DNA from: an uncultured Actinomycetes bacterium
Lineage (GTDB): Bacteria > Actinomycetota > Acidimicrobiia > IMCC26256 > DASPTH01
Assembly: GCA_963819735.1 (NCBI GenBank)
Contig: CAWFXC010000005.1
Location: forward strand, 425,825 to 489,824
Direction: 5' to 3'
DNA length: 64,000 nucleotides
Part shown: positions 1 through 10,077 of the stretch, piece by piece
How positions within the stretch are numbered: the stretch's first letter is position 1
Layout: each line of letters starts with the position of its first letter
Position numbers and translations under genes: made by a program
Notes under the pieces: model-generated
Databases searched by the model: none
The model's input: the letters and a program-made list of their open reading frames with translations, nothing else
What the model was told of the DNA's origin: nothing

Positions 1-1442
1 CCGCGATCAGAGAACCCGAACATGCGCGCGGGTTCCAGCGTGAGCATGCGTACGGCTTCCTCCAACGTGAAGTCCTGCCGGTCGCGCACGAAGTGAGCGA
101 GCAGGTGCGTCTCGATGGACGCGTCCGACATCTGGCTCACGTGGGCGCCCGAATCGGAGAAGCCCATGACGGTGTTCGGGTGCCGGAGACAGCGCAGGGT
201 CTGGTCGTAGTCGAAGGGTGCGAACGACTGCCAGAAGAGCTGCCGCATGTCGGTCTCGAGCGCGAGCCGGATGATCAGTTCGACCGGGTGGAGGCCGCGC
301 GCCGCGGCGGCTTCGGCGACGGTCGGATTCGGTGGCACGGGTGCGTCGAAGACGCGCATGCGGTCGAACTCCGGTGGACGCGCCTCACCGCCGAACGCGG
401 CGCCGTACGGGCCAACGTCTCCGATCTTGACCAACCGGGCTACGAGCTCGGGGTCGTGGAGCCGTCGCTGCTGCTCGTCGACCGGGAGCGCGCGCAACTC
501 GCACCATTCGGGCAGACGGTCGAAGGGCAGTTGGGTGCGGAACGACGAGAACGCGCCGATCCCGCGCGGGTGGGTGAGACCCCAGATGCGCGCGCCGGCG
601 TCGGCGGCCAGATCCAGGGTGGCGAGCGTGGCGTCGTTCATCGCGGCGACGATCACCGGGACGCCGGTGCCGAGCGAGAGATCACGGTATTGCGAGTCCT
701 TGTCGGGCATGCCGGGTGGCGTCGGGTCGCTCACGATCTGCAGGTTGCCCGCGCCGAGCTCTCCGAGGACCTCCACGAGCTGTTCGACCTCGTTCCACGA
801 GGCGAGCCGTGACGCGACGGGACGGTCGTCGGACGTCTGGTGGTGCACCGTCCGCGACGTGGTGAAGCCGTAGGCGCCGGCATGCAGCGCATCGGCCAGC
901 TCGGCCTTCATCGCGACGAGGTCGTCGTCGGTGGCCTCGCTCTCGAACGCGCGCTCGCCCATGACGTACGTCCGCAGGGCCGAGTGCCCGATGTTCGCGA
1001 CGTAGTTGATGCCCTTCGGGATGCGGTCGAGCGCGTCGAGGTACTCGGCGAAGCTGGTCCAGGTCCATTCGATGCCCGCGGCGAGCGCGGCCGGTGCGAT
1101 GTCTTCCGCGCGCTCGAGGTTGCGCACCACGAGCTCGCGCGCGTCGGGCGACGCCGGCGCGAGTGTGAAACCGCAGTGTCCCATGACGACGGTCGTCACA
1201 CCGTGCCAGCAGGAGTTCGTTCCGAGCTCGTCCCAGAAGACCTGCGCGTCCATATGGGTGTGGCCGTCGATGAAGCCGGGTGTCACGACGTGCCCGTCTG
1301 CGTCGATGTCGGTGGTGCCGCGCTCTCCGATGCGGCCGATCGTGGTGATCAGCCCGTTGGTGATCCCGACGTCGGCGCGGAACGACGCCAAGCCGGTGCC
1401 GTCGACGATCGTGCCGTTCCTGATGACGACGTCGTAGCTCAC
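1..1442 (-). CDS. N-acyl-D-amino-acid deacylase (D-aminoacylase)-type amidohydrolase; the C-terminus runs off the window start
   Basis: Absent from the ORF track because there is no stop inside the window. Reverse translation from GTG at 1442 gives VSYDVVIRNGTIVDGTGLASFRADVGITNGLITTIGRIGERGTTDIDADGHVVTPGFIDGHTHMDAQVFWDELG. This carries the N-terminal composite-domain motif and the PGFID-H-x-H metal motif of this family. The GTG overlaps the upstream stop as GTGA (1439-1442). Confidence 0.8.
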   Translation of the reverse strand, partial: MSYDVVIRNGTIVDGTGLASFRADVGITNGLITTIGRIGERGTTDIDADGHVVTPGFIDGHTHMDAQVFWDELGTNSCWHGVTTVVMGHCGFTLAPASPDARELVVRNLERAEDIAPAALAAGIEWTWTSFAEYLDALDRIPKGINYVANIGHSALRTYVMGERAFESEATDDDLVAMKAELADALHAGAYGFTTSRTVHHQTSDDRPVASRLASWNEVEQLVEVLGELGAGNLQIVSDPTPPGMPDKDSQYRDLSLGTGVPVIVAAMNDATLATLDLAADAGARIWGLTHPRGIGAFSSFRTQLPFDRLPEWCELRALPVDEQQRRLHDPELVARLVKIGDVGPYGAAFGGEARPPEFDRMRVFDAPVPPNPTVAEAAAARGLHPVELIIRLALETDMRQLFWQSFAPFDYDQTLRCLRHPNTVMGFSDSGAHVSQMSDASIETHLLAHFVRDRQDFTLEEAVRMLTLEPARMFGFSDR

Positions 1443-2728
1443 GTGCCGGCTACCTCCGGGCGCAGGTCGGCGGGATCAAGATCGAGCATGGCGATGGCGT
1501 TGGTGCGCACCAGCATCTCGAGCTCCTCTGGGGTCACCCGTTCGGCGATCTCGGCGACGAGCTCGGGCGTGTCGGGCCAGGTGGAGTCCTGGTGCGGGTA
1601 GTCGGTCTCGAACACGAGTTGCCCGATGCCGATCTGGTGGCGAGCGTCGACGCCGACCATGTCGTCGAAGAAGCAGCCGAACACGCGGCCCGGCACCTGG
1701 CTCGACGGCAGCTCCGTGAGCACCGGGTCGAGGTTGGACCACGCCTGGCTGTGGGTGAACACGTGGTCGACCCGCTCGAGCAGGAACGGCATCCACCCGA
1801 CCTGACTCTCCGAGAACGCGATCTTGAGCCTCGGGAAGCGAACCAGCGTCCCCGACAACAACCAGTCGGCCATCGCCATGTAGGCGTTGAGCGAGGTGAG
1901 TGTGGTGACGACCCCCGCCGGTGCATCGGCGCTCGTATTCTGCATCTTCGATCCCGAGCCGATGTGCATGCAGATCACGGTGCCGGTTTCGTCGCACGCG
2001 GCGAACAGCGGGTCCCAGTGCCGGTCGCGATCGTGGATCGACGGCAGCCCGAGATTCGCGGGCAACTCGGTGAAGGTGATCGCTTTGCCGCCGCGCGCCG
2101 CGGTGCGTCGCACCTCGGCCGCCGCGAGCACTGGATCCCACAGCGGCACGATCGACAGCGGGATCAGGCGACCGTGGCTGTCACCGCACCACTCCTCGAT
2201 CATCCAGTCGTTGAACGCGCGTACCGACGCGAGGGCAAGCTCGCGGTCGGTCGCTTCGAGGAACACCTGCCCGGCGAAGCGGGGGAAGTTCGGGAAGCAC
2301 AACGACCGCTCGACCCGGTTGAGGTCCATGTCGGCCAACCGCGCGGCCGGGTCATAGCAACCCGGTCGCATGTCCGAGAACGAGATCGGCGCGAGGGTCA
2401 GACTCTCCTTCGGGAAACCGGCGCACGCGATCACCTGGGGGATCGGCTTGGCGGTGTCCTCGTAGACCCACCAGTCGACCACGGGTCCGTCCTTGCCCCG
2501 TATGTACCGGACCCCGTTGCCCTCGGGCGGGAAGACGGTCTCGCAGGTGTCGCGCTCGATGTGCGGCCCGCGCGCTCGGTACTTCGCCGGCAGCCACGTG
2601 GTCCAGAGATGCGCCGGTTCCACGACGTGATCGTCGGCCGAGATCACCCAGGGCAGTTCGCTCGTCGCACCGTCGACACCCGCTGCCATCGTGGTCGTGC
2701 TCCTCTGCCGGTCGGTTGCCGTCAGCAC
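1439..2728 (-). CDS. amidohydrolase-2 (ACMSD-like metal-dependent hydrolase/decarboxylase) family protein
   Basis: 429-aa ORF. Motifs seen: ISADDHVVEP near the N-terminus, FTELP, and FETDYPHQDSTWP near the C-terminus, all typical of the Amidohydro_2 family. The start may be the internal MAAGV (about 2689). Confidence 0.88.
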   Translation of the reverse strand: MLTATDRQRSTTTMAAGVDGATSELPWVISADDHVVEPAHLWTTWLPAKYRARGPHIERDTCETVFPPEGNGVRYIRGKDGPVVDWWVYEDTAKPIPQVIACAGFPKESLTLAPISFSDMRPGCYDPAARLADMDLNRVERSLCFPNFPRFAGQVFLEATDRELALASVRAFNDWMIEEWCGDSHGRLIPLSIVPLWDPVLAAAEVRRTAARGGKAITFTELPANLGLPSIHDRDRHWDPLFAACDETGTVICMHIGSGSKMQNTSADAPAGVVTTLTSLNAYMAMADWLLSGTLVRFPRLKIAFSESQVGWMPFLLERVDHVFTHSQAWSNLDPVLTELPSSQVPGRVFGCFFDDMVGVDARHQIGIGQLVFETDYPHQDSTWPDTPELVAEIAERVTPEELEMLVRTNAIAMLDLDPADLRPEVAGT

Positions 2729-2860
2729 CCGCAGTCATAGTGTCCGCTACCAAGAGAGCGAAGTCCAATATGGGTCCCAACTGGTCAGCAAAGCGGTCGG
2801 GTGTGACCTTTTGCCGCGTACTCGGACGGGTATGGGGATCGCGGCGACCGGCCCAGCCCT

Positions 2861-4594
2861 TTGTACGCTCTGGTCCGTGGAACCCAGGCGAGGACGGCGC
2901 CGGTGAACGGTCTCGCGCTGAGCGCCGAGGACATGTTCACCGATCCGGCGACGTACGCGGCTCGTCAGCGCCTCGCCGCGCGATGGGGAACGGAGGGACT
3001 CGTCCACGGGCGCACGATCGCGGAGCAGGCGCGCGTGGCGGCCCAGTCGTTGGCGGCGACCCGCCTCGTGTTCACGTCGCCCGAGCGGCCGTCGTCGCTC
3101 CGGCTCGACGAGCTCTGGGTACGCGCGAACGCAGTCGCCGCCGGTTTCCAGGCGCGCGGCGTGCACCGCGGCGACGTCGTCGCCGTACAGGTTCCGAACT
3201 GGAGCGAGGCGGTCGTCGCGTATGTCGCCACCGCGATCGTCGGCGCCGTCGTCTTGCCGATCGTGCACACCTACGGCGCGGCCGACACCGACTGGATCAT
3301 CGACCGGGTCAGGCCCCGCGTGTTCGTCCTCCCTGCGACCTGGGGCGGTGCGGACTACCTCGTACGGCTCGACCAGATGCCGGCACTCGACGCGGTCGAG
3401 CACATCATCGTGGTGGGTGACGGGCTGCCGGCCGGGACGGAATCCTGGCGCGCGCTCGAGGCGACGCCGTCGGCCGATGCCCGATCCGTCGCGGTGGACA
3501 GCTCGTCGCCGTTCCTGGTGGCCTTCACCTCGGGGACGACGGCCGAACCCAAGGGCGTGGTGCACTCGCACGACAGCTTCCTCGCCGAGTTGCACACCAT
3601 GCCGTCGCCGGCTCGGAACGTCGGCCCGCTGCGGTCGCTCCAACCCTGGCCCGCGGGTCACATCGGGGGCATGACCGCGATCCTCGGCCCGCTCGTCCAC
3701 GGGTTCGACACGTTCCTCGTCGACCGGTGGGACACGGAGTCGGTCGTGGACCTCATCGGCCGTGAGCGGATCGGCGCCGCGTCGGGAGTGCCGACCGCGC
3801 TGTTGCGCGTGATCGACTTCGTCGAGGCGAAGGGGATGAAGCTCCCGCTCGGCGAGCTCTCGACGGGCGGCGCGGGCATTCCTCCAACCGTCGTGGAGCG
3901 CGGCATCCGGCTCGGTTGGCACATCGGCCGTTGTTACGGATCGTCGGAGCATCCGTCGGCGACGTTCTGTGTGCGCGACGACTCGCTCGATCACCGCCTC
4001 CACTCGGACGGCTCACCGATGACCGGAACGGAGGTGCGGATCGTTCGCGACGACGGCTCGCCGGGCGCGGTCGGCGAAGCGGGCGAGATCGCGCTGATCG
4101 GCCCCGAGCAATTCCTCGGGTACACCGATCCCGCGCTGAACGCCGAGTCGATCACGAACGAAGGATGGTTCCTCACGGGCGACATCGGCGTGGTCGACGC
4201 CGACGGCTTCCTGACCGTGACCGACCGCAAGAAGGATCTAGTGATCCGGGGTGGAGAGAACATCTCGTCGGTCGAGGTCGAGGGCCTCTTGCTACGGCAC
4301 CCCGCCATCGCCGAGGCGGCCGTCGTCGCCAGCCCCGATCCCGAGTACGGCGAACGGGTGTGCGCGTTCGTCGTCGTGCGGCCCGGTGCATCGCTCGCCC
4401 TCCCCGACGTGCAGGCCCACTTCCGCGACCTGGGCGTGCAGCGGCAGAAGACACCAGAGCTGCTGGTGACCGTCGGCGACGACGAACTCCCGCGCACCGC
4501 GTCGGGCAAGGTGCGCAAGGCCGAGCTCCGCCGCCGACTGCGGGCACCGGCGAAGGTCGGCGTGAACGCCACACTCGGTGAGGAGCAACCGTGA
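2861..4594 (+). CDS. AMP-dependent acyl-CoA synthetase/ligase
   Basis: FTSGTTAEPKGV (AMP-binding P-loop), GWFLTGDIG, DRKKDLVIRGGENIS and the terminal SGKVRK are present. The true start may be the GTG near 2903. Confidence 0.9.
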   Translation: MYALVRGTQARTAPVNGLALSAEDMFTDPATYAARQRLAARWGTEGLVHGRTIAEQARVAAQSLAATRLVFTSPERPSSLRLDELWVRANAVAAGFQARGVHRGDVVAVQVPNWSEAVVAYVATAIVGAVVLPIVHTYGAADTDWIIDRVRPRVFVLPATWGGADYLVRLDQMPALDAVEHIIVVGDGLPAGTESWRALEATPSADARSVAVDSSSPFLVAFTSGTTAEPKGVVHSHDSFLAELHTMPSPARNVGPLRSLQPWPAGHIGGMTAILGPLVHGFDTFLVDRWDTESVVDLIGRERIGAASGVPTALLRVIDFVEAKGMKLPLGELSTGGAGIPPTVVERGIRLGWHIGRCYGSSEHPSATFCVRDDSLDHRLHSDGSPMTGTEVRIVRDDGSPGAVGEAGEIALIGPEQFLGYTDPALNAESITNEGWFLTGDIGVVDADGFLTVTDRKKDLVIRGGENISSVEVEGLLLRHPAIAEAAVVASPDPEYGERVCAFVVVRPGASLALPDVQAHFRDLGVQRQKTPELLVTVGDDELPRTASGKVRKAELRRRLRAPAKVGVNATLGEEQP

Positions 4595-5016
4595 CCGCGG
4601 TCGAGGATCACCTCGCGGTCCTGCGAGTGATCGCGGAGTACTGCCGTCGGTGCGACGACGGTCGGTTCGCCGAGTTCGCCCACTTGTTCGCCCCCGACGC
4701 GCAGCTCGTCATGCGCGGTCAGGTCGTACACGGGCCGGAGGCGATCACCGCGACGATCAGCGCCCTGCAGACGCCCGAGCGTCGGGGCCGGCACATGATC
4801 GCGAACACCGTCGTGGAGCTGGCCGGCGACCGGGCGTCGGCCGAGAGCGACTTCGTGTTCTTCCGCGCCCGGGCCGCCGGGCCCCTCGAGGCGGTGAACT
4901 CGGGGCGCTACCTCGACGAGTTCACGCGCCAGGGCCAGGAGTGGCGCTTCGCCCGCCGCGAGATCTCGCTGGTCGAGGCAGTGCCCGCGGAGGCGCAGGA
5001 GGCGGAGACCCGGTGA
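4591..5016 (+). CDS. SnoaL-like / NTF2-fold protein
   Basis: 141 aa. The pattern EDHLAVLRVIAEYCRRCDDGRFAEFAHLFAPDA ... GRYLDEFTRQGQEWRFARREI is typical of SnoaL_4 proteins. The GTG start overlaps the upstream stop. Confidence 0.8.
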   Translation: MTAVEDHLAVLRVIAEYCRRCDDGRFAEFAHLFAPDAQLVMRGQVVHGPEAITATISALQTPERRGRHMIANTVVELAGDRASAESDFVFFRARAAGPLEAVNSGRYLDEFTRQGQEWRFARREISLVEAVPAEAQEAETR

Positions 5017-5846
5017 TCACCTACGAGCGCGACGCGACCGTCGCCCGCGTGACGATCCGGCGCGCGGAGAAGCACAACGCAGTGACGCCGGAGATGATGG
5101 AGCAGCTCCTCGGCCATCTCGACCGCGCGTCGGCGGATGACGACGTGAAGGTGGTGGTCCTTTCCGCCGCGGGCTCCACCTTCTGTGCCGGGTTCGACAT
5201 CTCGGATCGTGATGCGTTCGACGGGCCGCCGGACGCGACGCGCCGCAGCCGGATTGATGCGGTCAACGAGAAGGCCGAGTGGATGCGCCGCATCCTCACC
5301 ACGCGGAAGCCACTCGTGGTCGCGGTGCAGGGCCCGTGCATCGGGATCGGCATGTACCTCGTGCTCGTTGCCGACTTCGCCGTCGCCGGTGAGGGTGCGA
5401 GCTTCGGCCTGCCGGAGGAGCGCTTCGGTTCCGCCGGTGCGACGTGGGCCTATCCGTACCTGATGCTCGACGTCGGCTTGAAGCGGGCGACGGAGATCGT
5501 CATGACCGGGCGGCGCTACACGGCCTCGGAGGCTCATGCCATGGGCTTGCTGACCCGGGTGGTCGCCGACCCCGACCTCACGGCGGTCACCGACGACCTG
5601 GCCGCGTCCCTGTCGTCGTTGCCTCGTGACGGCATCGCGGTGAGTCGTGCGGTCCGGGAGCTCGCGCTCGCCATGACCGGACGGCTCGAGACGTTCTCGT
5701 TCCACGCGGTGGCGCACCCGCTGACCGAGCGGCTCACGCGCGGCGCGGACGAGTTCGACTTCATGGCCGTCGTCGAACGCGACGGCATGAAGGCCGCGCT
5801 CGACGAACGCTCCCGCCGCTTCGGCGGTGGCTGGTGGGGTTGGTGA
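5013..5846 (+). CDS. enoyl-CoA hydratase/isomerase (crotonase) family protein
   Basis: Reading from GTG 5013 (GTGA overlap with the previous stop) gives VITYERDATVARVTIRRAEKHNAV...VVVLSAAGSTFCAGFDI...AVQGPCIGIGMYL. The ORF-track entry 4578-5846 is an over-extension with an Arg-rich N-terminus. Confidence 0.88.
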   Translation: MITYERDATVARVTIRRAEKHNAVTPEMMEQLLGHLDRASADDDVKVVVLSAAGSTFCAGFDISDRDAFDGPPDATRRSRIDAVNEKAEWMRRILTTRKPLVVAVQGPCIGIGMYLVLVADFAVAGEGASFGLPEERFGSAGATWAYPYLMLDVGLKRATEIVMTGRRYTASEAHAMGLLTRVVADPDLTAVTDDLAASLSSLPRDGIAVSRAVRELALAMTGRLETFSFHAVAHPLTERLTRGADEFDFMAVVERDGMKAALDERSRRFGGGWWGW

Positions 5847-5899
5847 TCTCTCCCTCGACGTTCCGTCGCGGGGACGCGCTCGAACCTCTGGGCGCTCGG

Positions 5900-6271
5900 T
5901 CAGGCGCGATGGTCGCCCGGGGCCAGGCTTCCCGTGTCGAAGTAGTCCCGCCAGGCCTTGATGCGGCCGTCCTCGATCTCGAAGACCCCGCAGGCCCGCA
6001 AAGTGACCAGCTGACCGCCGAACGTCACGCGATTCAGTCGCTCGTTCATGACGACTCGGTCGTCGGCAACCTGGAGGAGGATCTCGTAGGGCCCGCCGGG
6101 GACGTCGGCGAACTGTTGTGCGAAGGCGCGGATGCCGTCGCGGCCGACCGCGGACGGTAGCGGCCGATGGTGCCACACCGCGTCCTCGGTGCAGGCCGCG
6201 ACGAGCTGGTCGGTGGCGCGCTGTTCCCACAACCGCAGGAAGTCGCGCACGAGTGCGTCATTGGCGTGCAT
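5900..6271 (-). CDS. limonene-1,2-epoxide hydrolase-like (LEH/SnoaL fold) protein
   Basis: 123 aa starting at ATG 6271, MHANDALVRDFLRLWEQ ... VFEIEDGRIKAWRDYFD. The WRDYFD C-terminal signature of LEH-family proteins is present. The gene is hidden in the tail of ORF 5900-7282. Confidence 0.8.
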   Translation of the reverse strand: MHANDALVRDFLRLWEQRATDQLVAACTEDAVWHHRPLPSAVGRDGIRAFAQQFADVPGGPYEILLQVADDRVVMNERLNRVTFGGQLVTLRACGVFEIEDGRIKAWRDYFDTGSLAPGDHRA

Positions 6272-6303
6272 CAGTCGGCTCCTGTCCGTCACTTGCTCTG
6301 CGG

Positions 6304-7332
6304 CTAGACGACGCCGAGGCGACGGAACGTGTCGTGGTCGGTGAGCGCCGCCGCGAGGCGCGGGATGTGGATCAGCACGACTTGCCGCGAGCTGATCCTG
6401 GTGATCACCCACAGGAAGTAGCCGTACGAGAAGCTGAGGGTGTACTGCTCCCACGCTTCGTCCCACGCCGGCGCCGGCGCGCCCAGCGCCTCGAGCTCGG
6501 TGAGATAGTGGTGGAGCAACTCGGTCTCGTGCGCCCCTCGCGTGTCGACGTCGAGGACGGTCGCGAGGTGGTAGCTGATGTCGGTGGCCCAGTTCCCGCG
6601 CTGCACGACCTGCCAGTCGAGCCAGCACGCGCGGCCCTCGGCGTCGAGGTACGAGTTGCCGGAGTGGGGATCGCCGTGGATCACGCACGTCACCTCGTGC
6701 GCGCCCGTGCGTCGCATCGCCTCGGCCACCGCGGGTGCCGACCGCAGCTCCGGCGCGACGTCCGGCCCCCGGCCGTCGTCGAGGAGCAACTGGAGTTGGT
6801 CGAGCGGAACGAGATCGACCAGCGCGGTGCTTCCCGCGACGAGCCAGTCGACGTCGGCGACGCGGTCGCCCCAGGTCGCGGCGTGGAGCCGCGCCAACTG
6901 GCCGAGCGTGTCGAGGACGGTGTCGAGCGAGTAGGGCGTGAACGCGTTGAGGAAGCGCCCGCCGTTCGCGACGACGTCGTCCATGATGACGATCGCCTGC
7001 TCGGCCTCGTCGTCGACCGCGGCGTAGTAGGCGTGCGGCGCGCGCACGTCGAGCCCGGGCGCGATGTCTCGGTAGAAGCGCGCCTCGGGGAGGAGATCGG
7101 CCCCGGGCGATCCATCGAGGTGCGCCTTCACGCAGTACGCACGGGTTTCCCGCGCCCCGTCGGCGCGTTCGACATTCAGCCGGAACCGGACCTTCTGGGC
7201 GAGGGTCTTCGAGGAGTCGACCGCTTCCAGCTCGACGATGCGATCGCCGGCGCCGATGTCGTCGAGCACCTCGCCGAGCCACTCCGTGTCGAGCACTGCG
7301 TCGAGCGTCGTCGGCACGGCATCACGTTGCAC
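6304..7332 (-). CDS. phosphotransferase (APH / choline-kinase-like) family protein
   Basis: 342 aa. The catalytic loop reads VIHGDPHSGNSYLDAEGRACWLDWQ (HGD-x-H-x-GN ... DWQ). It is a paralog of 45238-46287. Confidence 0.85.
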   Translation of the reverse strand: MQRDAVPTTLDAVLDTEWLGEVLDDIGAGDRIVELEAVDSSKTLAQKVRFRLNVERADGARETRAYCVKAHLDGSPGADLLPEARFYRDIAPGLDVRAPHAYYAAVDDEAEQAIVIMDDVVANGGRFLNAFTPYSLDTVLDTLGQLARLHAATWGDRVADVDWLVAGSTALVDLVPLDQLQLLLDDGRGPDVAPELRSAPAVAEAMRRTGAHEVTCVIHGDPHSGNSYLDAEGRACWLDWQVVQRGNWATDISYHLATVLDVDTRGAHETELLHHYLTELEALGAPAPAWDEAWEQYTLSFSYGYFLWVITRISSRQVVLIHIPRLAAALTDHDTFRRLGVV

Positions 7333-7462
7333 GAGCCGACGCTACATCGGCCGGCGCCGACACCCCGCCGTTCGGTGATGGCCGGTTGCGCGCCAACGTG
7401 AGCGAGAGGCAGGGTGGGCGAAGCCCTGACGGCAACCCCGAGTCGATGCCCGAGGAGCAGTC

Positions 7463-8320
7463 GTGAGCGAAACGAGTCACGAACCATCGAGGTTGCGCGG
7501 CGGCGACGTCGGTGCCGTTACTCGATTCGTGCCGTCGGCCGACGGGGCCGCGATCGCGTACGACGTGGGCGGTGAGGGAGTCGTCGCGCTGGTGTTCGTG
7601 CACGGGTGGTCGGGCAACCGGTCGCACTGGGCCGCTCAGTTGGATGCCTTCGCGCGCCGTCACACCGTGGTGCGGGTCGACCTCGCCGGTCACGGCGAGT
7701 CGAGCACGACGCGCGATCGTTGGTCGGTGGCGGCGTTCGCCGACGACGTCGTCGCCGTCGTGGACGAGCTCGACCTGACGTCGGTCGTGCTCGTCGGGCA
7801 TTCGCTCGGGGGCAGCGTCGTCGTCGGCGCGGCTCGTCGGCTCGGCGAGCGGGTCGACGGAGTGATCGGTGTCGACACGTGGTCGTCGCTCAGTGTGCGA
7901 GCGCCCGCGGCCGACATCGAGGCGTCGGTGCTCCTGCCCGACATGCGCGCGGATTTCCCCGCCGCGAGCCGTCGCTTCGCCCTCCTGATGGCCGGGCCGA
8001 CGGCCGGCGAGGTGCTCTCGACGCGCATCGCCGACGAGGTCGCGGCCATGACACCCGAAATCGCCGTCGCCATCCTCGAGGAAGCCATCGCTCAGGGGCC
8101 GGGCGACCTCGAGGCCGGCCTGCGAGCGCTCGACGTTCCGAAGTCCGCAATCTCGTCGGAGACGTTCCGACCCAAAGATCCGGCCGTGTTCGCGTCTTAC
8201 GGCATCGAACCGGTCGTGATCCAAGGCACGGGTCACTACCTGATGCTCGAGCAACCCGATGCCTTCAACGCGGCACTGGAGGGTGCGCTGACGCGCTCGA
8301 CGCGAACTGGCGACCCGTAG
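7463..8320 (+). CDS. alpha/beta hydrolase
   Basis: FVHGWSGN, the nucleophile elbow GHSLGG and the C-terminal GTGHYLMLEQP are present. Confidence 0.88.
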   Translation: MSETSHEPSRLRGGDVGAVTRFVPSADGAAIAYDVGGEGVVALVFVHGWSGNRSHWAAQLDAFARRHTVVRVDLAGHGESSTTRDRWSVAAFADDVVAVVDELDLTSVVLVGHSLGGSVVVGAARRLGERVDGVIGVDTWSSLSVRAPAADIEASVLLPDMRADFPAASRRFALLMAGPTAGEVLSTRIADEVAAMTPEIAVAILEEAIAQGPGDLEAGLRALDVPKSAISSETFRPKDPAVFASYGIEPVVIQGTGHYLMLEQPDAFNAALEGALTRSTRTGDP

Positions 8321-8417
8321 AGCGCATCCCGTCGTCCCGAGTGGCGTAAGGTCCAGGGAACTCCATCATTCAGGCCGAGGGTGCTCCTTGCCGTTGGCGT
8401 TCACGGAAGAGATCACC

Positions 8418-8693
8418 ATGCCTTTGCGTCGCAGACCGGTCGCTCGTTTGGCCACCACCGCCGTTGTGGCCGGCACCGCCGCCCACATGGGGGCAGCCTC
8501 AGCCCAGCGGAGCGCGGCCGCCCAAGCCCCGCCGGCACCGGTCGAAGCGGAAGCTCCCGTTGCTCCCGCTGCTCCCGAGTCCGACGCGGACGCGCAGATC
8601 GAAGAGATCAAGAAGCTGGGTGCGCTGAAGGATCAGGGCCTGCTCACCGACGAAGAGTTCGCGGCCAAGAAGGCACAGATCCTCGGGATCTGA
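8418..8693 (+). CDS. SHOCT-domain protein with an Ala/Pro-rich linker
   Basis: The C-terminus reads IEEIKKLGALKDQGLLTDEEFAAKKAQILGI, which is the SHOCT motif. ATG 8418 is preceded by gaagag. The ORF track starts the gene at 8388. Confidence 0.7.
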   Translation: MPLRRRPVARLATTAVVAGTAAHMGAASAQRSAAAQAPPAPVEAEAPVAPAAPESDADAQIEEIKKLGALKDQGLLTDEEFAAKKAQILGI

Positions 8694-8717
8694 GCCGATC
8701 CCCACGACGATCCACGC

Positions 8718-9938
8718 TCACGTGACCGAAGGTGCGGGCGTGAACTCGATCGGGACCTGGTCGTAGCCGCGCGCGAACGTCGACGGGATGATGTGAGGCT
8801 CGGGTTCGTCGGCGAGGCGCCAGTCGGGGATGCGGCGCAGCAGCTCCTCGAACATCACCCTGACTTCGAGGCGGGCGAACGACGCACCGAGGCAGAAGTG
8901 CGTGCCGATGCCGAACGACAGCTGCTGTTGCATATCGCGCGTGACGTCGAACACATCAGGGTCGACGAACTCTGCTTCGTCACGGTTCGCGGAGGGGTAC
9001 AGCAGGAGCACCTCGTCGCCCGCGTGCATCTCTCGGCCGTGGAGCTCGTGGTCCTCGGTGACGGTGCGGCGCATGTTGAGGATGGGGGACACCCAGCGGA
9101 TGAACTCCTCGACCGCGGTGCGGGCGAGGACCTCGGGACGGTCGAGGAGGATCTGGCGCTGGTCGGGCCGGAGCGCGAGCTCGCGGATGATGGCACCGAT
9201 CACGGTGCGGGTGGTCTCCGCCCCGCCGTCGAGCACGAGGATGCACTCGGCGAGGATCTCGGCGTCGGTCCACGGCCGACCTTCGGGGTAGCGCTCGGCC
9301 TGGACCCACGCCGAGATGAGGTCTTCGCGCGGGTTGGCCCGCCGGTCGTTGATGATGGCCACCGTCGTCGCGGCGAAGTCGACCATGGACTCGGCGAGCA
9401 ACGGGTGGTCGTGACGCATCGCGCCGTCGACGGGGGACGTCTGCCCACCGACGAACATGGTCGCCTCGGACCAGAACCGCACCTTCTCCCAGTGTTCGGG
9501 CGCGTAGCCGAGGCGACGCCCGATCATGATCGCGGGGAGACGCGACGCGATGGCCTCCACCGCATCGCACCGGCCGAGCGGCGCCACCGCGTCGATGATG
9601 CCGGTGACGACCTCACGCACTTCGTCCTCCTGGGTGACCACCGCCCGCGGGGTGAAGCGGCGGTGGATCAGCGCGCGGTGGTGCTGGTGCACCGGGTCGT
9701 CGGCATTGATCATCGACGGGTCGTCGGACTGATCGATGCGCGGCCGCGACCCGGGGACGGAGGTGTACGTCTGTGGGTGCTTCTCGACGTACATCACGTC
9801 CTCGAAGCGGGTGATGCCCCAGATGTGCTGCGTGTCGTCCCAGAACACGGGCTCGTGGGTGCGCATCCAGCGGTAGGGCTCCCACGGGTCGACGTAGAAC
9901 TCGGGGTCGAGCAGATTGATGTACGGACGCTCGGGCAT
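8718..9938 (-). CDS. cytochrome P450
   Basis: 406 aa from ATG 9938, with a ggaggacgg SD upstream. EEFIRW (ExxR) and the heme loop FGIGTHFCLGASFA are present. ORF-track entry 8718-10394 is over-extended. Confidence 0.92.
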   Translation of the reverse strand: MPERPYINLLDPEFYVDPWEPYRWMRTHEPVFWDDTQHIWGITRFEDVMYVEKHPQTYTSVPGSRPRIDQSDDPSMINADDPVHQHHRALIHRRFTPRAVVTQEDEVREVVTGIIDAVAPLGRCDAVEAIASRLPAIMIGRRLGYAPEHWEKVRFWSEATMFVGGQTSPVDGAMRHDHPLLAESMVDFAATTVAIINDRRANPREDLISAWVQAERYPEGRPWTDAEILAECILVLDGGAETTRTVIGAIIRELALRPDQRQILLDRPEVLARTAVEEFIRWVSPILNMRRTVTEDHELHGREMHAGDEVLLLYPSANRDEAEFVDPDVFDVTRDMQQQLSFGIGTHFCLGASFARLEVRVMFEELLRRIPDWRLADEPEPHIIPSTFARGYDQVPIEFTPAPSVT

Positions 9939-10077
9939 CCGTCCTCCTTGGGCTCGGGCGTCTCGGCTCACACGCCGATCGGGGGTGGTGGGTCTGCGAG
10001 CCCCAGTCTCGTGCACTGCAGCCTCGAGCACACGCCCACGACGAACCCGAGCTGGGTGCTTCGCCGCGGTCCGGCTG

